A stretch of 64,000 bases of DNA from an uncultured delta proteobacterium (GCA_963845145.1 CAWJQU010000005.1:864001-928000), one strand, 5' to 3'; shown: positions 1 through 10,591, counted from the first letter of the stretch. A program made the numbers and translations. The notes: generated by a model not told the origin, from the letters alone.

Positions 1-1254
1 GTGACCTCTTTCTGGTGCATGGGCATGAACCAGCACACCCGGGGCACCTGGATCAACAATCTGGTCTATAACATCCATCTCTTGGTGGGTAAAATTTCAA
101 CACCGGGAAACAGCCCCTTTTCCCTGACCGGCCAGCCCAGCGCATGTGGCACGGTACGGGAAGTGGGAACGCTGACCCATAAGTTGCCCCACGGCGTCGT
201 CATGAAAGAACCGCATCGTAAGATGGCGGCTGAAATTTGGGGTGTACCAGTGGAAAATATTGACCCCAAACCAACCTATCACACGGTTGAGATGTTTAGG
301 GCGCTTGATCGCGGTGATATTCGGTTTATGTGGATTCAGGTGACCAATCCCATGGTCACCATGCCCAATTTGAGCCGTTACCGGGAGGGCGCTTTAAAGG
401 ATGACCGTTTTGTGGTGGTGTCCGAAATTTATCCGACCCCGACCTCCGATGTGGCTGATGTCGTGCTGCCTTCGGCACTGTGGGTTGAAAGAGAAGGATT
501 TTTTGGCAATTCGGAACGACGTACCCAGCATAACGAACAAGCCGTCCCTACCCCCGGAGAGGCCATGTGTAACACCTGGCAAATCATCGAGGTGGCCCGA
601 CGGCTGGGATATGAAAAACAGTTTCCGTGGAGCCGGGATACCTACATCGAGGATATTTGGAATGAGTATATTCGTTTCCATGATAGCCCCAAGCACCGAA
701 TGGCACCCTACAATGAATTGAAAGCACGGTCGGGTATTCAATGGCCGTTTGTGGATGGGATGGAGACCAAGTGGCGCTATAACGCCAAATATGATCCGGC
801 GGCCAAAGGGGATGATTTCGATTTTTACGGTAAACCGGACCGAAAGGCCTGGATATGGCTAAGACCGTATGAGCCGGCAGCCGAGTCCCCCGATAGCGAG
901 TACCCTTTCTGGCTCAATACCGGCCGGGTACTTGAGCATTGGCATACCGGTTCCATGACCCGGCGCGTCCCGATATTACACAAGGCGGTTCCGGCTTCCT
1001 ATGTGGAGGTCAATCCGGATGATGCGTCTGCTATGGGTATCACCAACGGGGCCAAGGTCAAGGTTTCATCGCGCCGGGGTTCCGTCGTAATGAAGGCCAG
1101 TATTAACGGCCGGGGACGCCCACCCAGAGGAATGGTTTTTGTGCCGTTTTTCGACGAAAGCCACCTAATCAATGAGGTTACCCTGGATGCCTTCTGCCCG
1201 ATTTCCAAGCAGCCGGATTATAAAAAATGCGCTGTAAAGCTGGAGAGAGCCTGA
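1..1254 (+). CDS. napA: Periplasmic nitrate reductase catalytic subunit, C-terminal part (5' end outside window)
   Basis: Mo-bisPGD motifs W-x-[16 protein letters not shown] and [16 protein letters not shown], plus the NapA-type C-terminus [18 protein letters not shown]. Confidence 0.93.
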   Translation: MTSFWCMGMNQHTRGTWINNLVYNIHLLVGKISTPGNSPFSLTGQPSACGTVREVGTLTHKLPHGVVMKEPHRKMAAEIWGVPVENIDPKPTYHTVEMFRALDRGDIRFMWIQVTNPMVTMPNLSRYREGALKDDRFVVVSEIYPTPTSDVADVVLPSALWVEREGFFGNSERRTQHNEQAVPTPGEAMCNTWQIIEVARRLGYEKQFPWSRDTYIEDIWNEYIRFHDSPKHRMAPYNELKARSGIQWPFVDGMETKWRYNAKYDPAAKGDDFDFYGKPDRKAWIWLRPYEPAAESPDSEYPFWLNTGRVLEHWHTGSMTRRVPILHKAVPASYVEVNPDDASAMGITNGAKVKVSSRRGSVVMKASINGRGRPPRGMVFVPFFDESHLINEVTLDAFCPISKQPDYKKCAVKLERA

Positions 1255-1979
1255 TGGAAAAACCAACGCACGAGCCCCGGAATGATCCCAAGCATGCGTC
1301 ACAAGATAAAAGGGATCAAAAGGTAGGAAAGGTGTTTCTCATTTTCGCCGGACTTTGCATCCTGGCCTTACCCTTGGTTGTGTTCTCCGCGCTCTCCAGT
1401 GAGCCCAAGGAGATGGCGGCGGCGGCCATTGATGCCGGTAGCGGCAGTTTTGACGAAAAGGGGGACGCCATTTTCATTAATTATGACAGCCTTTCCAAGG
1501 AATATCTGGAAGGTATTTCCACGGAACGCACCCTTGATGAATATTACACCCGCAGGCAATATCCCGGCTCGCCGCCCTTGATTCCGCATAAGGTTGAAGC
1601 TGCGGATAAAGCACTGGTCGATTGTCTGGCCTGCCACGCCAAGGGCGGCTGGTCTGCGGAACTCAAAAGAAATACCCCCCTGACGCCTCACCCGGAACAA
1701 GTCGCCTGTCGGCAATGTCATGTGCCTGTGACCGAAGCAAAGCTGTTTGTCGAGCACGACTGGGTAAGCGTTGCCCCGCCCCGGCTGGGCCGGGCGCATC
1801 TGCCCGGAGCACCGCCGCCAGTGCCGCATGAACTGCAAACTCGGGGCAACTGTATCTCCTGTCATGTGGGGCCCGGTGCGGTAGCGACTATTCGTGTAGA
1901 GCATCCTTCCCGGGGCAATTGCCGACAATGCCATGTGCCGGATCTCAATTCAGGGTTTTTTGTAAGAAAATCAGAATAA
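1254..1979 (+). CDS. Membrane-anchored tetraheme NapB-like cytochrome c (duplicated NapB unit)
   Basis: ATG overlaps the napA stop (TGATG). N-terminal hydrophobic helix. Two PPxxPH...CxxCH...CRQCHVP units give 4 CxxCH. Confidence 0.8.
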   Translation: MEKPTHEPRNDPKHASQDKRDQKVGKVFLIFAGLCILALPLVVFSALSSEPKEMAAAAIDAGSGSFDEKGDAIFINYDSLSKEYLEGISTERTLDEYYTRRQYPGSPPLIPHKVEAADKALVDCLACHAKGGWSAELKRNTPLTPHPEQVACRQCHVPVTEAKLFVEHDWVSVAPPRLGRAHLPGAPPPVPHELQTRGNCISCHVGPGAVATIRVEHPSRGNCRQCHVPDLNSGFFVRKSE

Positions 1980-1997
1980 TCGTTCATCGGGGAAATT

Positions 1998-2618
1998 ATG
2001 AAATCACCCACATCAAAAGGCCTTCTTTATTGGGTATTGCCGCTTCTGATGGTCGTGTTCTCGGGATGGTATGTTTACTCGGAAGAAGGCGGCGTCACCC
2101 AGACCTACAAACATGCCACAGCCCCGTTTGATAATAAACGCGTCGAAGCCCTGTCCGCGTTACCGGAAAGTACTGTCCGGGTCCATTCAAATGATCAAAG
2201 ACGTATTTTCCGGACACAGACACGCAAAGACAAAATGGCGCGCTTTCGTTGCACCCAGTGTCATAACGATCAAATTGTCAAGGTAACCATGGCCGCAGAA
2301 ATTGCCCACGGTGATATTGTCCTGGATCACGGTGGTCGAGAGAAGCCGTTGTCCTGTTTCACCTGTCACAAAGAAGATGAACGGGATTTTCTGGAAACCG
2401 AAACGGGTATCAAAATCGATATGGATCACAGCTATAACCTTTGCGGCCAATGCCATTTCAGGCAGAAAATAGATTGGATAGGCGGTGCCCACGGTAAGCG
2501 TATCTCCAACTGGACGGGAGAGCGGGTCGTCCAGAATTGCGTGTCGTGCCATGATCCCCATTCACCTCTCTTTAAAAAACGGTGGCCTGTCACCTACTCA
2601 CAACCGTTAAAAAAATAG
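1998..2618 (+). CDS. Tetraheme cytochrome c with N-terminal membrane anchor
   Basis: CTQCH, CFTCH, CGQCH, CVSCH; hydrophobic N-terminus. Confidence 0.85.
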   Translation: MKSPTSKGLLYWVLPLLMVVFSGWYVYSEEGGVTQTYKHATAPFDNKRVEALSALPESTVRVHSNDQRRIFRTQTRKDKMARFRCTQCHNDQIVKVTMAAEIAHGDIVLDHGGREKPLSCFTCHKEDERDFLETETGIKIDMDHSYNLCGQCHFRQKIDWIGGAHGKRISNWTGERVVQNCVSCHDPHSPLFKKRWPVTYSQPLKK

Positions 2619-2628
2619 GGAAATCGAA

Positions 2629-3600
2629 ATGGCCCTTATGAAGCATAGTGGATGTTCGAAAAAACGACCGAAAAATGATTTTCAGACCCAATCGTGCGGG
2701 CGAAGAGAATTTCTTAAAGGCGCTGCAGCAGCGGCAACGCTGGGAAGCGCCGCAATGTTGACCGGTTGCGGCACCGAGGTGCTGGGTTCGACCGGAGAAC
2801 TTTCTTTGCGGTGGAAGGAGTATTTCAAAAAACATTATCGCCTCATGTCCCAGGAAGAAAAAGACGAGACCATCCGACGCCTCGAACAATTGGCCAAAAC
2901 AAATCACGGTGTGAACATTCAGATGAGTTCCAAACCGCCCACCGAGGGGGTTTTATTCGGATATGCTTTTAATGTGACCCGCTGCGAGGGGTACATGGAA
3001 TGCGTGGCCGCTTGCGTCAAGGAGAACAACCTCGACCGGAAATCAAATATCCAATATATTCGTATCTTTGAGATGGAAAATGGGAAAATGTCGCCGGAAT
3101 CCGGAGATGGAAAGTATTTTCATGAGGTGCCGGTGGAAGATCATTTCTATATGGGGGTTCAATGCTTCCATTGTCAAAATGCCCCCTGTGTCAAGGCCTG
3201 CCCCACGAAGGCGACCTGGCAGGAGCCGGACGGGATTGTGGTGGTGGACTATGACTGGTGTATCGGCTGTCGGTATTGTATCGCCGCCTGCCCTTATTAC
3301 GGTCGCCGCTTCAACTGGAATGAACCGCAGGTGCCACCGGATAAAATGACGAAAAAACAACACTACCTCGGCAACCGGATGCGATCCAGAGGACAGATGG
3401 AAAAGTGTACATTTTGTATCCAGCGCAGTCGGGAGGGACGCCTTCCCGCGTGTGCCGAGGCCTGTCCGACGGGTGCCAGAGTGTTCGGCAACCTTCTGGA
3501 CCCCGATAGTGAAATCCGGTTTGTTTTGAAAAATAAAAAGGTTTTCCGTTTTAAAGAGGATCTGGGGACAGATCCGAAATTCTGGTATTTTATCGATTAA
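2629..3600 (+). CDS. Tat-exported NrfC/DsrO-like iron-sulfur protein
   Basis: RREFLK twin-arginine motif and LTGC lipobox-like sequence. FeS motifs CFHCQNAPCVKACP, CIGCRYCIAACPY, KCTFC...PACAEACP. Confidence 0.88.
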   Translation: MALMKHSGCSKKRPKNDFQTQSCGRREFLKGAAAAATLGSAAMLTGCGTEVLGSTGELSLRWKEYFKKHYRLMSQEEKDETIRRLEQLAKTNHGVNIQMSSKPPTEGVLFGYAFNVTRCEGYMECVAACVKENNLDRKSNIQYIRIFEMENGKMSPESGDGKYFHEVPVEDHFYMGVQCFHCQNAPCVKACPTKATWQEPDGIVVVDYDWCIGCRYCIAACPYYGRRFNWNEPQVPPDKMTKKQHYLGNRMRSRGQMEKCTFCIQRSREGRLPACAEACPTGARVFGNLLDPDSEIRFVLKNKKVFRFKEDLGTDPKFWYFID

Positions 3601-3660
3601 CCATACTAAAAACCACGTATATCGGTTTTATCATTATAAGCTGACCAAGGGGCCCAATCG

Positions 3661-4899
3661 ATGGTTCAGGAACAAGAAATATCGAAGAAGTCAATCGTCA
3701 AAGAATTGATATCGTTTGTTAAAGACATCATTTTTTGGAATTTATCCGGCGGGTTGCGATATCAGCTATTCTTGTGTTTGCTGGCTGCCATCATGCTGTT
3801 GGGTGTGTATTCCTATTTTGTACAGTTTAAAATAGGTCTGGCGGCCACCAACATGTCTGACATCGTCAGTTGGGGATTCTACATATCGAACTTTACGTTT
3901 CTGGTCGGCGTGGCGGCCGCAGCGGTCATGATTATATTGCCGTCTTATCTTTTCAAGGATAAAGACCTGCATAAAGTCGTTATTATCGGTGAAGTGGTGG
4001 CCATCGGTGCCCTGGTCATGTGTCTGATGTTCGTTTTTGTCGATCTGGGCGCCCCGCTAAAAGCGTGGCACATGATGCCTGTGATCGGGCTCTTTAATTG
4101 GCCGACATCACTTTTAACCTGGGATGTCCTCGTTTTAAACGTCTATTTGGTCTTAAACCTGATGGTTCCGGCCTATATCCTTTTTTGCCATTACAATGAC
4201 CGGAACCCCCATTCGATGTATCGCTTTTTCGTGTTTATCTCCATATTCTGGGCGTTTGGCATCCACCTGGTTACGGCTTTTTTATACCAGGGGCTCCCGG
4301 CACGCCCGTTTTGGAACAACCCCTTGATGGGCCCCCGGTTTTTGGCTTCGGCTTTTGCGGCCGGCCCGGCGCTTATCTCCGTCGTCTTGATTATTATTCA
4401 CTCACTTACCGATTTCAAAATTGACACCCAGATTTTCAATAAGCTGCGGCGTATCATTGTGATAGCAGCCATCATCAACTTGATTATGCTCTTTTCGGAG
4501 ATTTTCAAGGAGTTCTACCTGCCCACCCACCACAGCTTGCCGGCCATCTATCTCTACTTTGGCCTCAAGGGGCACCACGCATTGGTCCCCTGGATCTGGT
4601 CCGCCATCAGCATGAATCTCATCGGCACACTGGTGTTGGCCTTTAATCCGGGCAAAAACCACCCTTGGGTACTTTTCCCGGCATGCATTTTACTTTTTAT
4701 AGGGATCTGGATTGAAAAAGGTATCGGCTTAATCGTGCCGGGCCTGGTGCCCTCACCTTTAGGAGAAGTGGTTGATTATGCCCCCTCTTGGGTGGAAGTG
4801 GGCGTGACGCTCGGCATCCTGGCTTTGGGCATTTTTGTTGTTACCGTGCTACTCAAACCTGCGCTGATCATTGAACGACGGTTTGAGGGGGAGCTCTAA
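3661..4899 (+). CDS. NrfD/PsrC/DsrP-family integral membrane quinol-interacting subunit
   Basis: About 10 hydrophobic helices; SWGFYISNFTFLVGVAA and VDLG-x-P NrfD-family motifs; follows the NrfC-like gene. Confidence 0.88.
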   Translation: MVQEQEISKKSIVKELISFVKDIIFWNLSGGLRYQLFLCLLAAIMLLGVYSYFVQFKIGLAATNMSDIVSWGFYISNFTFLVGVAAAAVMIILPSYLFKDKDLHKVVIIGEVVAIGALVMCLMFVFVDLGAPLKAWHMMPVIGLFNWPTSLLTWDVLVLNVYLVLNLMVPAYILFCHYNDRNPHSMYRFFVFISIFWAFGIHLVTAFLYQGLPARPFWNNPLMGPRFLASAFAAGPALISVVLIIIHSLTDFKIDTQIFNKLRRIIVIAAIINLIMLFSEIFKEFYLPTHHSLPAIYLYFGLKGHHALVPWIWSAISMNLIGTLVLAFNPGKNHPWVLFPACILLFIGIWIEKGIGLIVPGLVPSPLGEVVDYAPSWVEVGVTLGILALGIFVVTVLLKPALIIERRFEGEL

Positions 4900-4959
4900 A
4901 TCCCTCGCCCAAAATTACTTCACATCATTAGGCACCGACCATACCGCCCGGCTATTCTT

Positions 4960-6072
4960 TTACAAAATTTGAATATCGACGACCTGGTGAAATTGCGCCA
5001 CGGAGGCAATGATGGCGTCAGGGGAGGTGGCTTTTAAAGTATCGAACCCATCAAACCCGGTGAGGACGGCGATGGTTTTCATCCCGGCGTTTTTACCAGC
5101 CTCAATATCCGTTCGCATGTCACCGACGTAAACACAACCTTCGGCTGGAATGTTTAGCTTTTGAGCACAAAGATATAATGGATCCGGGGCTGGTTTTTTT
5201 CTTTCGGTATCATCGATGGTGATGATGATGTCAAGCAAGCGGTCCAAATCATATTTTTTCAAAACCGCTTCTTTATTCGCCATATTGGCCTTGAGCGTTG
5301 AGGTGACGACGCCGATGGGGGTGCCGGTTTGGGCGATTTTCATCAAGGTTTCACGGGTTCCGGGGATGGGTGTTACATGTTTATGGAAAATATCCGGATA
5401 CAATGCATTAATGCGTTTCAATACTTTTTCAAGAAGATCCGGTTTTGAAACCATGGCTCCGCGCGGTAAAACCAAAGCCCAGTTAAATTCATCGTATCGG
5501 GCGGCTTCCAGTATTTTTGATCGGGGTACGTTGGGGAGTCCCAGGCTTTCGAAAGCGGCTTCGATGATCGAATAGTATACATTCGTTGAATCGATGAGCG
5601 TGCCGTCCAAATCAAAGATGGCCGCCTGGGCAACAATCGTCGGACGTAACGCTTCGCGGTCATTTACGATTACGGTGACCAAAGCCCCCTCTTTCAGGGA
5701 AAAGGTGTCGCGTAATCCGATAGGAGCGATAATTTCCACAATGTTTTTTCCATGCACGCGGGCCTTATCTTCCGGAATGATGATGGCGACTTGAATGCCC
5801 TGGATGGTGGCCGCAAGCGCCTCGCCGGTACAAAAAGACGGATCGACGGGAACCAGTTCCACCCTCTTGAGGGTGGACTTTTCAATTTTTCGCCACAGAT
5901 CGCCGGATGCAACCTGAAGGTTAAGGGTTCCGGGGTAGGGGATAAAGCCAAGTTTGTCCCTACACTGATCCTTTACCCAATCCAACTGGGTGAAAAAAAC
6001 CGCCTCACCCTTGCCGCTGACGACTTTCCCGGTAAATGACCATTGACCCTTTCTAGGTGTGCTTTCGGTCAT
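4960..6072 (-). CDS. Archaeal-type CTP-dependent riboflavin kinase fused to a HAD-superfamily phosphatase
   Basis: N-domain GKVVSGKGEA, LGFIPYPGTLN, VEIIAPIGLR. C-domain FDLDGTLIDS, KKPAPD, YVGDMRTD. ATG at 6072 overlaps the upstream stop (ATGA). Confidence 0.85.
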   Translation of the reverse strand: MTESTPRKGQWSFTGKVVSGKGEAVFFTQLDWVKDQCRDKLGFIPYPGTLNLQVASGDLWRKIEKSTLKRVELVPVDPSFCTGEALAATIQGIQVAIIIPEDKARVHGKNIVEIIAPIGLRDTFSLKEGALVTVIVNDREALRPTIVAQAAIFDLDGTLIDSTNVYYSIIEAAFESLGLPNVPRSKILEAARYDEFNWALVLPRGAMVSKPDLLEKVLKRINALYPDIFHKHVTPIPGTRETLMKIAQTGTPIGVVTSTLKANMANKEAVLKKYDLDRLLDIIITIDDTERKKPAPDPLYLCAQKLNIPAEGCVYVGDMRTDIEAGKNAGMKTIAVLTGFDGFDTLKATSPDAIIASVAQFHQVVDIQIL

Positions 6073-6398
6073 TTCTGAAACCATTTTTGTTTCTGGAAGT
6101 CGTCCGGTGTTTGGGTGGATCGGACTTTTACCATGGACCCAAGTCTTTTTATGAACGCATGGCCTTCAGGGAAAATTATTTCGAGGGATAAAATTGCCCG
6201 TCCGAGGGTTTGGTCACACGCCGATTGGAAGATCTCCCGATCCGAAGGAGTAAAAAGATCATAGGCCTGCTTCAAATTGTTAATCCAATGGGAAAGGGCC
6301 TTCAGATCAAGGGCTTCTTGTGATTGTTTCTGGTAAACATAACCTTCGAGGGCTCCTGCAGATGCAGCAAATTCGTAAATTTGGGTGTAAAGATGCAT
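6069..6398 (-). CDS. Hypothetical protein (109 aa) in the rnf operon
   Basis: Co-oriented ORF between rnfB and the kinase fusion, translationally coupled to the latter. Confidence 0.7.
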   Translation of the reverse strand: MHLYTQIYEFAASAGALEGYVYQKQSQEALDLKALSHWINNLKQAYDLFTPSDREIFQSACDQTLGRAILSLEIIFPEGHAFIKRLGSMVKVRSTQTPDDFQKQKWFQK

Positions 6399-6474
6399 GG
6401 GAGTGGGTATCCTTTTTTATAGTAGTGGTGCACCGGCCAGGTGTCGGTCTTTTGGTGGAACCGAATAGATGAAT

Positions 6475-7386
6475 TTATCCCCGCCATTCCGTATCGTCCA
6501 CTGTGGTTTTAAAATCCGGTTCGACAACCGTGGGCAGTTCTTCCTCGGCAACGGCAAGGATGTCTTTGTCAGAGGGTATGCCAACAAAGACGAGCCGGTT
6601 GCGAGGGCATTTCTCGGCGGCCTTCATTCCCGTCTTTAGATTCTCCAGGGTGTAGTTGTCATAATTGATGGTGGACAAGTTATTGTGGATGGTAAACATG
6701 TCTGATGCCCGTTCACAAGCCCGACATCCCAGACAGCCCACCTTACAGACGGCCTTTACATCCTTGCCCATATCGTGATTGGAGCACTCCACCACCAGCA
6801 TACGATCGGTCTTGAAGGGTGCCATGGTAATGATGTTCCGAGGGCAGACCTTGGCGCACGCACCACACCCAATGCATTTTGCATAATCAACACGCGCCAG
6901 ACCATTTTCAACCTGGATGGCATCATATTCACAGGCACGGGTACAATCACCAAACCCGAGACAACCATAGGTGCATCCCTGCACGTCCGTCACCAGGTTG
7001 GCCAGTCGGCAGCGTTGTTCACCCTTGTAGGGGTGTCGGCCGAAGCGGTCGCTATAGCGGCTACCACAATGAACCACGGGTCGCCAGGGATAGCTGGCAG
7101 TTGCTTCCACACCTAACAGATCCGCCAGGGATTCCGTACAACTTTTGCCACCAACGGTGCAAAGATTAACCGGGGTATCTTCCAACACCACCGCCTCTGC
7201 GTATTCGGCACATCCCACATAGCCACAACCACCACAGTTGGCGCCGGGCAGTATTTCAATGGCCGCATCCACACGCGGGTCCATCTCAACGTGAAAGGCA
7301 CGATTCGCCCACCCCAATACGAATGAAAACACCATGGCCATGACAAGCATGGTGGCAGCGGCCAATGCAATGATTATCCAGGCCAT
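6475..7386 (-). CDS. rnfB: Rnf complex subunit B
   Basis: [46 protein letters not shown] before ATG 7386. Confidence 0.93.
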   Translation of the reverse strand: MAWIIIALAAATMLVMAMVFSFVLGWANRAFHVEMDPRVDAAIEILPGANCGGCGYVGCAEYAEAVVLEDTPVNLCTVGGKSCTESLADLLGVEATASYPWRPVVHCGSRYSDRFGRHPYKGEQRCRLANLVTDVQGCTYGCLGFGDCTRACEYDAIQVENGLARVDYAKCIGCGACAKVCPRNIITMAPFKTDRMLVVECSNHDMGKDVKAVCKVGCLGCRACERASDMFTIHNNLSTINYDNYTLENLKTGMKAAEKCPRNRLVFVGIPSDKDILAVAEEELPTVVEPDFKTTVDDTEWRG

Positions 7387-8225
7387 GGCACCTCCCAATG
7401 GGTTTGCCCATGGCCTATTATCATTTTATTGGATGGTTGCCTGTTTTTCGTATTTGAGCGTTGCTTCATGCTGGGTGGCACGGACGCCGGGGTCACCGCC
7501 GGTTCGGTTTTTTCCACTGCGGCCGGTATCGGCGACAAAGCGTTCCGCAAGCCTGAATCCACGCCGGTGAAGCCCATAAAGGCCATGGCCAGAATGCCAC
7601 CGACTACCAGGGTGATGGCAGCTCCCTTAAAAGGCTTGGGCACATCGCACAAGTCCAGCTCTTCCCGAATGCCGGCCATGATGACAATGGCAAGGGTAAA
7701 TCCTGCCCCACCGAAAAAGGCCAAAGTCAGAGCCCGTCCCAAGTCCCACCGTTCCGCCGGATTTTCAGCACCGACCACGTGACTCATGATTACCAGGCAG
7801 GCGAACAGGATCGCGCAGTTGGTGGTGATCAAGGGTAAAAACACACCGAACGCCTTGTAAAGCAATGGAAAAAAACGGCGCACATACATCTCCACAAACT
7901 GAACCGAGGCGCTGATGGCGAAGATGTAAACAATGTAGCTTAAGATCGTCAGATCGACACGGGCGGCGGCTTCAGCCGGCAGGAAAAAGCTCGCCACCAG
8001 CCGGGTGAGCGGTGCGCCGGGCATCAGTACAAAGGTGGTGACGGTCCAGGAAATGAAAGCGGCAATGGTAATAACGAACGTAACCGCACAGCCCATGCCC
8101 ACGGCCATGCCCACATGTCGGGACACGCCGATAAACGGACAGATACCCACAAAATAGTACAGGACGAAATTGTTGATCAGGGCAGCGCTCAGGGCGATGA
8201 GCAATATGTCGGTTAGATATTCCAT
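7374..8225 (-). CDS. rnfA: Rnf complex subunit A
   Basis: [35 protein letters not shown]. Confidence 0.93.
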   Translation of the reverse strand: MEYLTDILLIALSAALINNFVLYYFVGICPFIGVSRHVGMAVGMGCAVTFVITIAAFISWTVTTFVLMPGAPLTRLVASFFLPAEAAARVDLTILSYIVYIFAISASVQFVEMYVRRFFPLLYKAFGVFLPLITTNCAILFACLVIMSHVVGAENPAERWDLGRALTLAFFGGAGFTLAIVIMAGIREELDLCDVPKPFKGAAITLVVGGILAMAFMGFTGVDSGLRNALSPIPAAVEKTEPAVTPASVPPSMKQRSNTKNRQPSNKMIIGHGQTHWEVPWPG

Positions 8226-8247
8226 GTCGTCGTTCCGGTTCCTATTT

Positions 8248-8871
8248 TTAGCGTTGACCGCCTGGACGGTTGCGTCGGGCAGAAACCCAATTAACAGCTG
8301 CCAGCAGCAGGCCGAAGGTAAAAAAAGCGCCGGGAGGAAGCACCATGATCACCCAATCCGGCCAACCCGGCGGCATGACCCGTACCCCAAACAGAGCACC
8401 GACCCCCAAGATCTCACGAATCGCGGCGATGCTTAACAGCGCCAGGGCAAATCCCAAACTCTGACCCACCGCATCGGCACCAGCAACGAAAACCGATTGT
8501 TTGGAGGCACAAACCTCGCAGCGGCTGATAATGATGCAATTGACGATAATCAGGGGGATATAAGGCCCCAGGGTTTTACTCATCTGGTAAAGGTAGGCGG
8601 CTAAAAACCGGTCGGCAATGGTGACGAAGGTGGCGATGGTTAGCGTAAAGACGACAATTCGCAGATGCGGCTTTAGCAGGTTGCGAATCAAGCTGGTAAT
8701 AACATTGGCGCATAGCAAAACAAATCCGACGGCACCGGCCATGGTAAGGGCTGTTTTGAGACTGTTGGTAACCGCCAATGTCGGGCACAAGCCAAGCAAC
8801 TGGCGGTAGACCGGGTTTTCAGGAAGTATGCCATTGATAAACCGTTCGGTGGCGGTGGGCAATTCAGCCAT
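8248..8871 (-). CDS. rnfE: Rnf complex subunit E
   Basis: ENPV...[28 protein letters not shown]. Confidence 0.93.
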   Translation of the reverse strand: MAELPTATERFINGILPENPVYRQLLGLCPTLAVTNSLKTALTMAGAVGFVLLCANVITSLIRNLLKPHLRIVVFTLTIATFVTIADRFLAAYLYQMSKTLGPYIPLIIVNCIIISRCEVCASKQSVFVAGADAVGQSLGFALALLSIAAIREILGVGALFGVRVMPPGWPDWVIMVLPPGAFFTFGLLLAAVNWVSARRNRPGGQR

Positions 8872-9574
8872 TGGATTTCTCCTCTTTCCCAACGGTAGAC
8901 GGGGTGGCAGAAAGGGGTTGGCGTAAATCGCGGATGGCAGCATTTACCAAGCCGGTAACGCTTTTGGATGAGATCGTCGCCCCAGTGATGGCATCGATCT
9001 CTTCTGCCGTATCAGCGCCGGTTTTGACGACCCTGAGCGACGACACCGTCGCTTTTTGGATAAATTGCTTTCGCCAGGATTCCGTGACGATCTTATTGCC
9101 CAACCCCGGTGTCTCTTTTTGGTCCAGGATGTACAGACCGGTGATAGCGTCAAAATCGGGCGAAAGTCCCAACAATAATTCGATACTGTCCGCATAGCCC
9201 CGGCCTTTGGTTTTTACCACCCACCCGCGCAGGTGGCCCTGATAGCGTGTCTCGTAGATGCGGTAATATTTTGTTTTCCCTGTTGATTCCACGGCGACCT
9301 GACGGGGTTCAATCGTAAGGGTTTGATTTTCAGCCGCCATCTTACTCGCCAAAGATTTTCCCAGAACCAAAAGCGGTATTCTCTCCCGGGTCTCGTTGAT
9401 TTTATTGCTCTCGATTTTGGGCCCCAAGGTCAACTGCACGCCGGCGAGAGATACGCCGAAACCGACGGCCAGCAACAGTACCAGCCAGGCCTGGATGAGA
9501 CTGCTTTTTTTCAAGCTTCCGATATGGTTATTTTCTGTTTTTGCGGTCATTGTCTTTAGTGGTTTATTTTCCAC
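8864..9574 (-). CDS. rnfG: Rnf complex subunit G (FMN-binding)
   Basis: GYAD.I, ETPGLG and the flavinylation motif DAITGATISS. Confidence 0.92.
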   Translation of the reverse strand: MENKPLKTMTAKTENNHIGSLKKSSLIQAWLVLLLAVGFGVSLAGVQLTLGPKIESNKINETRERIPLLVLGKSLASKMAAENQTLTIEPRQVAVESTGKTKYYRIYETRYQGHLRGWVVKTKGRGYADSIELLLGLSPDFDAITGLYILDQKETPGLGNKIVTESWRKQFIQKATVSSLRVVKTGADTAEEIDAITGATISSKSVTGLVNAAIRDLRQPLSATPSTVGKEEKSNG

Positions 9575-10562
9575 CGAACGGTGTGGGGATCGTCCAGCGA
9601 TTAATGAGTGGTGTCACGGCATTCATAAAAAGGACGGCAAACATCACGCCCTCCGGATAGCCGGAAAAAAGACGCAGTACCATTGTTAAGACGCCGACAC
9701 CCAACCCGAATATAAATTTGCCCTTTGATGTCAACGGACTGGTAACCGGATCCGTGGCAATAAAAAATGCACCGAAAAGCAGTGAGCCGCCCAGAATATG
9801 GTGAAGTACCGTCCAGTCTTTGGAAACATCGGCAAGGTCGGCAACGCCCCCTAAGAAAAGAACAGCAATCAGCATGCCGGCTGGGATCTCCCATGAGGCG
9901 GTCCGGCGAATCACCAGGTAAAGCCCCCCCAGCAGGCAGGCCAGGGCACTGGTTTCACCTAAACTGCCGTTGGTGGTTCCCCAAAAGAGGGCCGCAAGCG
10001 GTGTGACCACCCCGTTCATCTGATGGGCGTTCATGGGTGTGGCTTGCGAGATGGCATCGACCGTTCCGTTGACTTCCTCAAATCCCGAGGCCGCCATGGC
10101 ACCGGCAAACGAGATCATCACAAAGGCACGACCCACCATGGCGGGATTGAATAAATTCATCCCCATGCCCCCAAAAACGATTTTACCGATACCGATGGCA
10201 ACAAAGGAAGCCACCACGCCGACATACCATGGCGCGGTGCCGGGCAAAGAGAGCGCCAGAATGACCCCGGTAACAATGGCCGAGCAGTCCATCAAGGTGG
10301 ATGATCGGCGTCGCATTTTTACAAAGAGTTGTTCCGCCACGATGCAGGACCCCAGGCAAACCACCAATTGGAACAAGGCGTACTCACGGAAGAAAAAAAG
10401 AGACATGGCCGTCACGGGGGCGAGCCCGATCAGGACATCGACCATCATCCGTTGGGTACTGGTCGCCGTTTGAACCAGGTGAGGGGAAGGCGACACATGG
10501 ATCACCGGTTTATTGGGTTCCAAATTATCCGGTAAGGTGGTTTGTATTTCCGTCATTTTCAC
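9564..10562 (-). CDS. rnfD: Rnf complex subunit D
   Basis: SPSPH, FGGMGMNLFNPAMVGR, DAISQATP (FMN-Thr), GSLGETS, FIATDPVTSP. Confidence 0.93.
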   Translation of the reverse strand: MKMTEIQTTLPDNLEPNKPVIHVSPSPHLVQTATSTQRMMVDVLIGLAPVTAMSLFFFREYALFQLVVCLGSCIVAEQLFVKMRRRSSTLMDCSAIVTGVILALSLPGTAPWYVGVVASFVAIGIGKIVFGGMGMNLFNPAMVGRAFVMISFAGAMAASGFEEVNGTVDAISQATPMNAHQMNGVVTPLAALFWGTTNGSLGETSALACLLGGLYLVIRRTASWEIPAGMLIAVLFLGGVADLADVSKDWTVLHHILGGSLLFGAFFIATDPVTSPLTSKGKFIFGLGVGVLTMVLRLFSGYPEGVMFAVLFMNAVTPLINRWTIPTPFGGK

Positions 10563-10591
10563 TAGGGTCTCAATATTGGGCCGTTCATAAT

